Part shown: positions 30,095 through 38,236 of the stretch, piece by piece
Layout: each line of letters begins with the position of its first letter
How positions within the stretch are numbered: position 1 is the first letter of the stretch
Origin: Pseudomonadota bacterium
Lineage (GTDB): Bacteria; Pseudomonadota; Gammaproteobacteria; Burkholderiales; JABEVD01
DNA: 64,000 bases
Direction of reading: 5' to 3'
Assembly (NCBI GenBank): GCA_021802545.1
Contig: JAJZRS010000015.1
Span: 2,239 to 66,238, forward strand
Translations under genes and position numbers: made by a program
Notes under the pieces: model-generated
The model's database searches: none
What the model saw: the letters and a program-made list of their open reading frames with translations, nothing else
Told to the model about the DNA's origin: nothing

Positions 30095-32874
30095 TCTCTG
30101 CCTTTCTTTTGTCCTAATACAAAGGATAGACCCGGCTCGCCGCAATGGGAAAGAATCCGGCCCCGGGCTTCATCCCGAAGACGGATTGCGGATTCCCAAC
30201 CCGCCCCTTTCGGGAAAATGGGCGCCCCTATCCAAACATTCAATTCGCTTCTTCTCGGAAACCAGCCGCCGTCTCGCAAGGCAGAGCGCGTGCCGCGCAA
30301 GGCGACCGGAACGACGGGAATGCCTGCATTGCTTGACGCAAGGAAGGCGCCCATGCGGAATTCCGCAAGTCCGGGCATCCTGGTGAAGGTCCCCTCCGGA
30401 AAAAAAATCATGGACCGCCCCGATCTTGCCATGTCCTCGAGGCGCTCGATATCCGGCCCGATTTCCCCGCGCGCGACGAATGCCGATCCGACATGATCGA
30501 GATAGAGCCTAGAGATGAAGGAATCCTGCAGTTCCTTCTTGGCGATGAAGGAAAAGAAACCGCCCGGCGCGAGAGAACCGTGCAGGGCTGCGGCCATCAC
30601 GATGCCGTCCGCATAGCTCGCGTGGTTGGCGACGAGGATGGCGGGATCGCCTTGCAGGTTTTGCATTCCCTCGACATTCAACCGGTATCCGCAAAGGGTC
30701 AGGAAAATCCGCGCGAAGCATCTGCTCGATGCCCAGCTCCATGCCCTGCTTTTCGATGACACGGCGAAAAACCAGGCGAAGGGAGCGATCGCCCAGAAGA
30801 CGATCCAGACATGGGCCGCGTAAAGAATGCCGCCCATGGCCCTGGCAAGCCTCCTCGCCTGAGGAAGAATCCCTTCTGCGAGAAAGTCGAGATAATGCAT
30901 CCGCTTCCTCTTCAAGCCGCCGAGATAAAGCGATCGAGAAGCTGCCCGCCTGATCTTGCCGCTGGAAGTCTTGAGGACGGTATGGGGAGGGACGAGCAAT
31001 ATTTCGTCCGGCGGCTCGCCGAGCACGTCGACGACGGCATCGTTGACCAAACCCTTCAGCCTCTCCAGCGCTTCCCTTTGCTTGGTTTCAGCCATCACGA
31101 CAAGCTGCTCCGTTCCGCCCCTGGGCACCCCGAAAACAGCAACGCAACCCCGCCTGATGCCGGGCAAATTGCCCACCGCTTCCTCGGCCTCATAGGGTTG
31201 GATATTTCTGCCTGCCCGGATGATGAGGTCTTTCGCACGGCCCGTGACGTAAATCTCGCCGTCGGCGATATAGGCAAAGTCGCCCGAATCGAGCCATGCA
31301 TCGTGGAAAAGCTTTCCCGTCTCCTCCGGATTCCTGAAGTAGCCGCTTGTCGCAGAGGGCCCCTTGAACTCGAGCCTCCCTTCCCTCCTCTCGCCAACTT
31401 CGCGGCCGGCCGCATCGACAATCCTGATCTCGTGCCCGGGAAGCGGCAGGCCGCAGGAGACGAATGCGACCCTATCCACCCCGCCCTGAATCGCCCGGCC
31501 TGTCCTGGCGAACAGGTCGCGATCCACCTCATCCACTTTCGGACCTCTGCCCGGAGGAGGGAAAGCCAGTCCGACAGAGGATTCCGCAAGCCCGTAGACG
31601 GGCGAAATTGCCGACGGATTCAGGCCGTATTTGGAGAATTTCTCCGAAAAACCACGGATCACCTCCGGACTGACAGGCTCTGCCCCGTTGAAGGCCATGC
31701 GCAGGCTGGACAGATCGATTCCCTGCATGTCCTCCCCTTCGATCTTGGAAAGACAGAGCGCATAGCCGAAATTCGGGGATGCGGTCAGCGTGCCTCTGTG
31801 TCTCGAGATGCAGGAGAGCCACCTTGCAGGTCTGGACAGGAAGGATAGGGGTGACATGACAACATATCTGCAGGCGTGATAAAGGCTGCCGAGCCAGGCG
31901 CCGATCAGCCCCATGTCGTGATAAAGCGGCAGCCAGCTCACGAAAACGTCATTCGAACCGACCTCGGCTGCCGTCCCCATGGCGCGGATGTTCGCCAGCA
32001 GATTGGCGTGATTCAGCATTACGCCCTTCGGGTTTCCGGTGCTGCCCGAGGTATATTGCAACAGGGCGATATCCTCCCTTTCCAGGGCAGGCACAACCTC
32101 GATGTCTTGAGTCGATAGATCTCGGGGCAGAACGATTCCCCGCAAAGATTCGACCTGAAGCCCGAGCAGCTTCGCAAGCTTGGCCGCTTCGTCGAAAGTG
32201 ACCAACATGACCGCTCCTGCATTCGACAATATCCCGGCATGCCGCTTCAGGTGGTCAGCCATCTGGGAAAGTCTGAAAGGAGGATAGATCGGAACGGGAA
32301 TGCAGCCTGCCATCAGGATGCCGAAAAAGCTGAAGAAATAATCCGGCCCGGTGGGAAGCATAAGTGCGACGGCCTCCCCCTTCTGCACACCGCGCATGAT
32401 CAGCCCGCCAGCCACCCTTTTCGCGCGCTTCTCGAGTTCGCCGTAGCTGATCGGCACCGTTTTCCCGGATTCTTCGAATAGGATGTGGATCCGATCGCGA
32501 TGATTCAGGACATGCCATTCCAGGACTTCGGTCAGGGTCTGCGCATCGGTCGGAAACCCTGAAACCTCGCGCTCGGCTTCAGGCGCTTCGGCGATTTCGT
32601 GTAGCGGCAGTTGCTGCTTCCCGAGCGCTTCCAGGATGTCCCTGAGCGTTTCCGCTTCTCCCAGCAATGCCTCGGGAAGTCGGACATCGAAGGCGCGCTC
32701 CACCCTCATCATCAATTCGACCCGCGTCAGGCTGTCGAAACCGAGATCGCGTTCGAGCGACATGTCGAGATTCGGCTGCCCGACCTTCGATGCGCGCGCT
32801 TCCCTTGAGAGCTTCGCCGCGACGCCGAGCAGCTTTTCAGAGACCGTGTCTTGCCATGGATCCGGGCTTTTCAT
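30091..32874 (-). CDS. Tri-domain fusion: acyl carrier domain, acyl-AMP ligase (FAAL/acyl-ACP synthetase-like), TM segment, lysophospholipid/glycerol-3-P acyltransferase (PlsC family)
   Basis: 927 aa. PP-binding motif LGFDSLTRVELMMRVE. Adenylation motifs LQYTSGSTGNPKGV, SGDFAY and LKTSSGKIRR. Hydrophobic helix ILYAAHVWIVFWAIAPFAWFFAV. Acyltransferase motifs NHASYADG (HX4D), FFPEGTFTR and IPVVPVAL. Confidence 0.8.
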   Translation of the reverse strand: MKSPDPWQDTVSEKLLGVAAKLSREARASKVGQPNLDMSLERDLGFDSLTRVELMMRVERAFDVRLPEALLGEAETLRDILEALGKQQLPLHEIAEAPEAEREVSGFPTDAQTLTEVLEWHVLNHRDRIHILFEESGKTVPISYGELEKRAKRVAGGLIMRGVQKGEAVALMLPTGPDYFFSFFGILMAGCIPVPIYPPFRLSQMADHLKRHAGILSNAGAVMLVTFDEAAKLAKLLGLQVESLRGIVLPRDLSTQDIEVVPALEREDIALLQYTSGSTGNPKGVMLNHANLLANIRAMGTAAEVGSNDVFVSWLPLYHDMGLIGAWLGSLYHACRYVVMSPLSFLSRPARWLSCISRHRGTLTASPNFGYALCLSKIEGEDMQGIDLSSLRMAFNGAEPVSPEVIRGFSEKFSKYGLNPSAISPVYGLAESSVGLAFPPPGRGPKVDEVDRDLFARTGRAIQGGVDRVAFVSCGLPLPGHEIRIVDAAGREVGERREGRLEFKGPSATSGYFRNPEETGKLFHDAWLDSGDFAYIADGEIYVTGRAKDLIIRAGRNIQPYEAEEAVGNLPGIRRGCVAVFGVPRGGTEQLVVMAETKQREALERLKGLVNDAVVDVLGEPPDEILLVPPHTVLKTSSGKIRRAASRSLYLGGLKRKRMHYLDFLAEGILPQARRLARAMGGILYAAHVWIVFWAIAPFAWFFAVSSKSRAWSWASSRCFARIFLTLCGYRLNVEGMQNLQGDPAILVANHASYADGIVMAAALHGSLAPGGFFSFIAKKELQDSFISRLYLDHVGSAFVARGEIGPDIERLEDMARSGRSMIFFPEGTFTRMPGLAEFRMGAFLASSNAGIPVVPVALRGTRSALRDGGWFPRRSELNVWIGAPIFPKGAGWESAIRLRDEARGRILSHCGEPGLSFVLGQKKGRE

Positions 32875-35528
32875 GAATGACCCGCTTGTTTTCGTATAGT
32901 CTCAATTTTGCGTACGATCCACTTGCGCGTTTCCTCGAGGAAAAGAAGCCCGGCTGCAAAGGGGATCAGCAAAAGCCAGATGTTCATGGAAAGAGGCGCC
33001 GTCCCGAAAACGGCATTGCCGAGCGGCGTATAGTCGATGAAGAACAGCAGCGCGATTTCGAAAAGCGCACCGAGCAGGATCAGCGGATTGCTAGAGAGGC
33101 CCGTATGAAAAACGGACTTATGCCTGCTTCGGCAGAGGAAGACGTTCACGATCTGCATCGCAATGATGGCGCTCAGGGTTGCCGTCGTCGCTTCGCGGTA
33201 GACAGGGTCGTTCATGGACAGTATTTGCCCGTAATGCCATCCAGATTCTCTGAGCACGAAGAAAAAGCAGTACATTGCAGAAGCCGCTTCGATCGCGCCC
33301 AGAAAAAGATAGGCGCGCAGGGCGAGCGGCCAGTCGAAGAGGCGTCGAGATGGCGGCCTGGGCGGTCTTTCCATCGCGCTCGGATCCGCTTTTTCGACGC
33401 CGAGTCCGAGCGCGGTCAGGGTATCCGTCCCCATGTCGACAGACAGGATCTGGATTGGCGTCAGCGGCAAGGGAATGCTGAAAAGGGAAAAGGCGAGATA
33501 GGGGACCAGTTCGGGAACGTTGTGCGCCAGAATGTAGGTGAGGAACTTGCCGATGTTGTCGAAGACGGCCCGCCCTTCCTCGACCGCATCGACGATGGCG
33601 GCGAAATTGTCGTCCAGCAGCACCATGTCTGCCGCCGACTTGGCGACATCGGTGCCTGATATCCCCATGGCGATGCCGATATGGGCGCACCTCAATGCAG
33701 GCGCATCGTTCACGCCGTCTCCCGTGACCGCCACGACATGCTTCTTCCGCTTCAGCGCGTCGACGATGCGCATTTTCTGCGTCGCATCTGCCCTGGCGAA
33801 AATGATCTCAGGTTCGTCCAGCGCAAGACGCAACTGAGCATCGTCCAAACCGCGCAGCGCGTCCCCGGAGATCACCGTCGGGTTATCCGACCTGGCCAGC
33901 CCGATCTCCCTTGCGATTGCCAGGGCAGTCGCCGGATGGTCCCCGGTCACCATGATGACCCGGATGCCTGCCTGCCTGCATTTTTCGATCGCAGCAGGCA
34001 CTTCAATCCTCGGCGGATCTTCCAGGCCTGCCAGGCCTGCAAAGACCATATCCTCCTCGAGCGGCTTGTTTTTCCAGTCCCGATCCAAAGTGCGGAAAGC
34101 CAGGGCGATGACCCGCAATCCCTTCCCGGCCATGGCTTCCTGCGCCGATCTTATTGCGTCATGATGCGCGTCAAGCAGCGGCCCTTCCCCGTCTTCACAC
34201 AACATCCTGGCGCATAACGGCACGACCTTCTCGGGCGCACCCTTGCAATAAAGCTGCGGCCCTTCAGGGTCACCGTGCACCGTGGCCAGGCGCATACGCT
34301 CGTCATCGAAGGGAATCTCGAAAAGCCTTTCGGATCCGGGAAAAAACGCGTCCTTGGCCATCGAAGCGAGGGCGATTTCCATCGGATCTCCGAAGGAAAC
34401 CTGCCCATCCCTCAGGTCGTTGCAGAATCTCGCCACTTTCAGGAAAGGCGCAGGAAGATCGGCAGAAGGCTTTGAAAACTTTCCTTCGACAAACACCTCT
34501 TTCACCACCATCCTGTTCTGCGTGAGCGTGCCCGTCTTGTCCGTGCAGATGACCGTGGTTGAGCCCAGCGCCTCGACGGACGTCAGATGCCTGATCAGGA
34601 CCTTTTTTCCCGCCATGCGCTGCGTGGCGAGCACCAGGGCGAGCGTCAGCGTGGGAAGCAGTCCTTCGGGCACCATGGCGACGATGATGCCGATGGCGAA
34701 GATGAAATCCTTCCAGAAAGGGATGCCGATCGCCTGTCCGCCCAGAAAGAATGCGATGCCGATAAAGACGGCAATCATTCCGATCATGCGGCTGAGATGG
34801 GTGATCTCGCGCCGCAATGGAGACGTTCCGCGCTCATCCGACTGGGCGAGATGGGCGATTCTTCCGAATTCGGTGCGCATCCCCGTGGCGAAGACGACCG
34901 CCCTGGCCTGGCCGGAAACCACCGATGTGCCGGCAAGCAGGATGTTTCTCGCCTTTGTCCATTCATCGAGGCTCGATGGGGCGGCGTCCCGGTACAGCGG
35001 AACCGCTTCGCCGGTGACGGTGGCGTTGCTCACCTTGACGCCGAATCCCTCTATCAGGCGGCAATCCGCCGGAACATGGTCCCCTTCCTGAAGCAGAACG
35101 ATATCCCCGACGACCAGGCTGGCCAGCGGGATCCGTGCATGCTTTCCTTCCCTCATCACGACACTCTGATTCGGCAGCAGCCCGGAAAGCGCTGCAAGGG
35201 TCCGTTCCGCACGGTATTCCTGCCAGAAGGAAAATGCGCCGCTGATCAGGATCACGGCAACGATGGCGAATGCGAGCTTGCCCATTCCCTGGCCGGGAGC
35301 GCTCCATTGCGCAAAAAGCGCAAGGGCTGCCGCAATCCAGAGGATCAGGGAAAAAAGATGGGTGAACTCCTTGAGAAAGCGGAGCCAGAGCGGCTCCCCG
35401 GCCGGCGCTTCAAGCCTGTTCTCTCCGTATTCGGAAAGCCTGCGGGAAGCCTCCTCCCAGGCAAGCCCGTCTTCGCTGCTCCTGAGGCTTGCCAGGACGT
35501 CATGGACTGTCAGTCTGTGGATGTGCAT
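32871..35528 (-). CDS. Cation-translocating P-type ATPase (P2-like)
   Basis: 885 aa. Cation_ATPase_N start (LSEYGENRLEAP), TGEAVP, TM4 motif VPEGLLPT, phosphorylation site ICTDKTGTLTQN, and MVTGDHP and GDGVNDAPAL. Its stop overlaps the downstream start (ATGA). Confidence 0.9.
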   Translation of the reverse strand: MHIHRLTVHDVLASLRSSEDGLAWEEASRRLSEYGENRLEAPAGEPLWLRFLKEFTHLFSLILWIAAALALFAQWSAPGQGMGKLAFAIVAVILISGAFSFWQEYRAERTLAALSGLLPNQSVVMREGKHARIPLASLVVGDIVLLQEGDHVPADCRLIEGFGVKVSNATVTGEAVPLYRDAAPSSLDEWTKARNILLAGTSVVSGQARAVVFATGMRTEFGRIAHLAQSDERGTSPLRREITHLSRMIGMIAVFIGIAFFLGGQAIGIPFWKDFIFAIGIIVAMVPEGLLPTLTLALVLATQRMAGKKVLIRHLTSVEALGSTTVICTDKTGTLTQNRMVVKEVFVEGKFSKPSADLPAPFLKVARFCNDLRDGQVSFGDPMEIALASMAKDAFFPGSERLFEIPFDDERMRLATVHGDPEGPQLYCKGAPEKVVPLCARMLCEDGEGPLLDAHHDAIRSAQEAMAGKGLRVIALAFRTLDRDWKNKPLEEDMVFAGLAGLEDPPRIEVPAAIEKCRQAGIRVIMVTGDHPATALAIAREIGLARSDNPTVISGDALRGLDDAQLRLALDEPEIIFARADATQKMRIVDALKRKKHVVAVTGDGVNDAPALRCAHIGIAMGISGTDVAKSAADMVLLDDNFAAIVDAVEEGRAVFDNIGKFLTYILAHNVPELVPYLAFSLFSIPLPLTPIQILSVDMGTDTLTALGLGVEKADPSAMERPPRPPSRRLFDWPLALRAYLFLGAIEAASAMYCFFFVLRESGWHYGQILSMNDPVYREATTATLSAIIAMQIVNVFLCRSRHKSVFHTGLSSNPLILLGALFEIALLFFIDYTPLGNAVFGTAPLSMNIWLLLIPFAAGLLFLEETRKWIVRKIETIRKQAGHS

Positions 35529-35582
35529 CGCGTCGGATCATGGCTCGGCTACTCCTTTTATAGCCTACCCGACGGGAAAACT

Positions 35583-36470
35583 TCAGGCGGGGAACACGCC
35601 TGTGGAAAGATAGCGGTCGCCCCTGTCGCAGACGATCGACACGATGACGGCATTCTCAAGCGTCTTCGAGAGCTTCAATGCGGCGGCCATGGCGCCCCCC
35701 GAGGAAATGCCAGCGAAAATCCCTTCCTCCGCGGCAAGCCGTCTTGTCGTCTCCTCGGCTTCAAGCTGGGAGACGAGCATGATCTCGTCGACGAGCTTCG
35801 CATCGTAAACCTTGGGAAGATAGGCTTCAGGCCACTTCCTGATTCCCGGAATCTGGGCGCCTTCGTCAGGCTGGACGCCGATGATGCGTATCGAAGGATC
35901 CGTTTCCTTGAAGAATCTCGCGCAGCCCATGATCGTTCCGGTCGTGCCCATGCTGCTCACGAAGTGCGTGATCTTGCCGCCGGTATCCCGCCATATCTCG
36001 GGCGCAGTGCCTTCGTAATGGGCGATTGGATTGTCAGGATTGGAAAACTGGTCGAGTATCTTGCCCCTGCCTTCTGCCTGCATCCTGTTGGCCAGATCGA
36101 TTGCCGCTTCCATGCCGCCGTCCTTCGGCGTCAGGACGATTTCAGCACCGAAAGCGCGCATGACCTGGCGGCGCTCGACGCTCATGTGCTCGGGCATCAC
36201 CAGCACCATCTTGAATCCGCGCACGGCGGCGGCCATGGCCAGGGCGATGCCCGTGTTGCCGCTCGTCGCCTCGATCAGGGTGTCCCCTTGCCGTATCTCC
36301 CCTCTTTTTTCCGCGCGGGTGATCATGGAAAGCGCAGGCCTGTCCTTCACCGACCCCGCAGGATTGTTCCCTTCTAGCTTGGCCAGGATGACGTTCGAAG
36401 TCGCCCCGGGCAGCCTTCTCAGCCGAACCAGAGGCGTATTGCCGACATAATCTTCGATGTACTTGTACAT
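35583..36470 (-). CDS. cysM: Cysteine synthase B (O-acetylserine sulfhydrylase)
   Basis: 295 aa from ATG 36470. MYKYIEDYVGNTPLVRLRRL...NPAGSVKDRPALSMI (PLP Lys)...TSGNTGIALA. The upstream part of the 417-aa track ORF is Arg-rich nonsense. Confidence 0.9.
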   Translation of the reverse strand: MYKYIEDYVGNTPLVRLRRLPGATSNVILAKLEGNNPAGSVKDRPALSMITRAEKRGEIRQGDTLIEATSGNTGIALAMAAAVRGFKMVLVMPEHMSVERRQVMRAFGAEIVLTPKDGGMEAAIDLANRMQAEGRGKILDQFSNPDNPIAHYEGTAPEIWRDTGGKITHFVSSMGTTGTIMGCARFFKETDPSIRIIGVQPDEGAQIPGIRKWPEAYLPKVYDAKLVDEIMLVSQLEAEETTRRLAAEEGIFAGISSGGAMAAALKLSKTLENAVIVSIVCDRGDRYLSTGVFPA

Positions 36471-36483
36471 GGTGGACCCCGTT

Positions 36484-37143
36484 TCAGGCATTATCGCATA
36501 TGCGAATGAACCATGCCGCAATGTCTTCAATCTCTTCCTGGCAGACGGCATGGGCCATGTCGTAGCGATGCCATTCGACATCGTGCCCGAGACGCTCCAG
36601 CGCATTTTTCGAAGCAAGCCCGGAGGCGACGGGAATGATTTCGTCCATGATGCCGTGCGCCATGAAAACCGGCGTTGCCGAATTCGCAGGGTGGGCTTCC
36701 CTTGCAACCGTATCCGCAAGGGGAAGGTAGGTCGAAAGCGCCAGGATTCCGGCGAGCTTCTCGGGATGAAGCAGGCCGGAATAGAGCGCGGTCGCACCGC
36801 CCTGGGAAAAACCCGCCAGGAAGATTCGATCCGCATCGATCCCCCTTCCCTTCTCCCTTTCGATGAGATCGCATATGCGCATCCTGGATTCCAGTATGCC
36901 TTCCCTGTCCTCTCCGGACTTCAGGTCGAGCGCATAGATGTCGTACCAGGCGCGCATGGCATAGCCGCCGTTCAGGGTGACTGGGCGGACCGGCGCATGG
37001 GGAAACACGAAGCGCATGTCCGGCAAATTCAGGGCTTTCGCGACGGGAACGAAATCGTTCCCGTCGGCCCCCAGCCCGTGCAGCCAGATGACGGAATAAA
37101 CCGGATTGGAAGAAGTTTCGAACTCGATGGCTGGCAGTGTCAT
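36484..37143 (-). CDS. Carboxylesterase/phospholipase family alpha/beta hydrolase
   Basis: 219 aa from ATG 37143. VIWLHGLGADGNDF, nucleophile elbow GFSQGG, and late HGIMDEIIP...H. This is the phospholipase/carboxylesterase family pattern. Confidence 0.8.
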   Translation of the reverse strand: MTLPAIEFETSSNPVYSVIWLHGLGADGNDFVPVAKALNLPDMRFVFPHAPVRPVTLNGGYAMRAWYDIYALDLKSGEDREGILESRMRICDLIEREKGRGIDADRIFLAGFSQGGATALYSGLLHPEKLAGILALSTYLPLADTVAREAHPANSATPVFMAHGIMDEIIPVASGLASKNALERLGHDVEWHRYDMAHAVCQEEIEDIAAWFIRICDNA

Positions 37144-37195
37144 AAGTTTCCGGAAGCAACTATAATGGTCTTGTTTGGCAATTATGGGAGGAAGA

Positions 37196-38236
37196 ATGGA
37201 TCGCCGTGAATTCATCAAGCTTGCCGCATCCAGCAGCGCGCTCTTTGCTCTGCCTGCCTGGGGCTATTACGACGAAATCGCCTCCTGGAGAACCTTTCGC
37301 CTGAACTATCACGTCTCGCTCCCTGAAGCGGGAAAAAACGCGAAACTGTGGCTTCCCGTTCCCGACAGCAACGATACCTTATACCAGCGCAACATGGGAA
37401 GCGTCTGGAGCGACGGACTTTCCCTGGCCAACCTTTACGATCCGCCCAAGAACCTCGCAGCGACCTTCTTCGGGGAATGGCGAGGAATGGGATCGAGACA
37501 AGTCACCGTCGGCACGATGATCAAAACGGCCGAGCGGCGCGTCTCCCTTGAAGGCATCAAGCATCATGGCGGAAGCATCCCGCATGAATTGAAGCGATAT
37601 CTCGAGCCGAGCGGCAGCCATTCCAGCAAGATTGCGCTTGAGGTGACGAAGCATGCATCTTCCCCCTTGGACAAGGCGCATGCCATCTACGAATGGGTCG
37701 TCGACAATACCCATTACGATGCTTCCGTTGGGGACTGCGGCAAGGGGGATGCGGAGGCCATGCTTGAATACGGAAACATGGGCGGAAAGAGCCTGGACAT
37801 CGCCTCCCTTTTCGTCAGCCTTTGCCGGGCATCCGGCATTCCAGCCAGAGGCGCGTACGGCATCCTGCTGGATGAAGCCAGCGACGGAAAAATCAAGACG
37901 AGCCACCATGCGCGCGCAGAATTCTATCTTTCCGGAACAGGATGGTTTCCCGTCGATCCGGCCGAAATCCAGCGCGTCATTCTGGAAGAGAAGCGGAGCT
38001 TCGCTGACGCGAAGGTCGCTGCCCTCAAGAAGGATCTCTTCGGCCACTGGAAGCTCAACTGGATCGGCCTCAATCACGAACGCGACGTTCTGCTGCCTTT
38101 CATGGAAGCCAGGATTCCGCGCTTCATTTACCCTTATGCGCAATACGGCGGCCATCTGCTTGAAGGCTCGGATGCCGGCAGCTTCTACGCCATCGAAGTC
38201 AACGAGATGGTCGGGACAGGCATTCATTTCTCCTGA
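37196..38236 (+). CDS. Tat-exported transglutaminase-fold protein with Ser at the catalytic Cys position
   Basis: Start ATG 37196 behind GGGAGGAAGA. Twin-arginine signal MDRREFIKLAASSSALFALPAWG. The core GGKSLDIASLFVSLCRASGIPARGAYG aligns with the G-x-C-x-x-F-A...GIPAR transglutaminase core but has Ser for Cys. His (HHARAEFYL) and Asp (GWFPVDP) are retained. Confidence 0.75.
   Translation: MDRREFIKLAASSSALFALPAWGYYDEIASWRTFRLNYHVSLPEAGKNAKLWLPVPDSNDTLYQRNMGSVWSDGLSLANLYDPPKNLAATFFGEWRGMGSRQVTVGTMIKTAERRVSLEGIKHHGGSIPHELKRYLEPSGSHSSKIALEVTKHASSPLDKAHAIYEWVVDNTHYDASVGDCGKGDAEAMLEYGNMGGKSLDIASLFVSLCRASGIPARGAYGILLDEASDGKIKTSHHARAEFYLSGTGWFPVDPAEIQRVILEEKRSFADAKVAALKKDLFGHWKLNWIGLNHERDVLLPFMEARIPRFIYPYAQYGGHLLEGSDAGSFYAIEVNEMVGTGIHFS

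Noticed and set aside
32871-35528. Idea that the operon's P-type ATPase is a P4-type lipid flippase partnering the Aas-like enzyme (an lplT analogue).
   Set aside because: TM4 carries the cation-pump motif VPEGLLPT with the conserved Glu, as in P2-type pumps, not the P4 pattern. The N-terminus is a Cation_ATPase_N domain. The functional link to lipids remains only an operon-level inference.
36471-36836. Upstream extension of the cysM ORF (417 aa in the track).
   Set aside because: The first 122 codons are Arg/Ser/Pro-rich nonsense overlapping the esterase gene on the same strand. MYKYIEDYVGNTPLV at ATG 36470 is the conserved CysM start.
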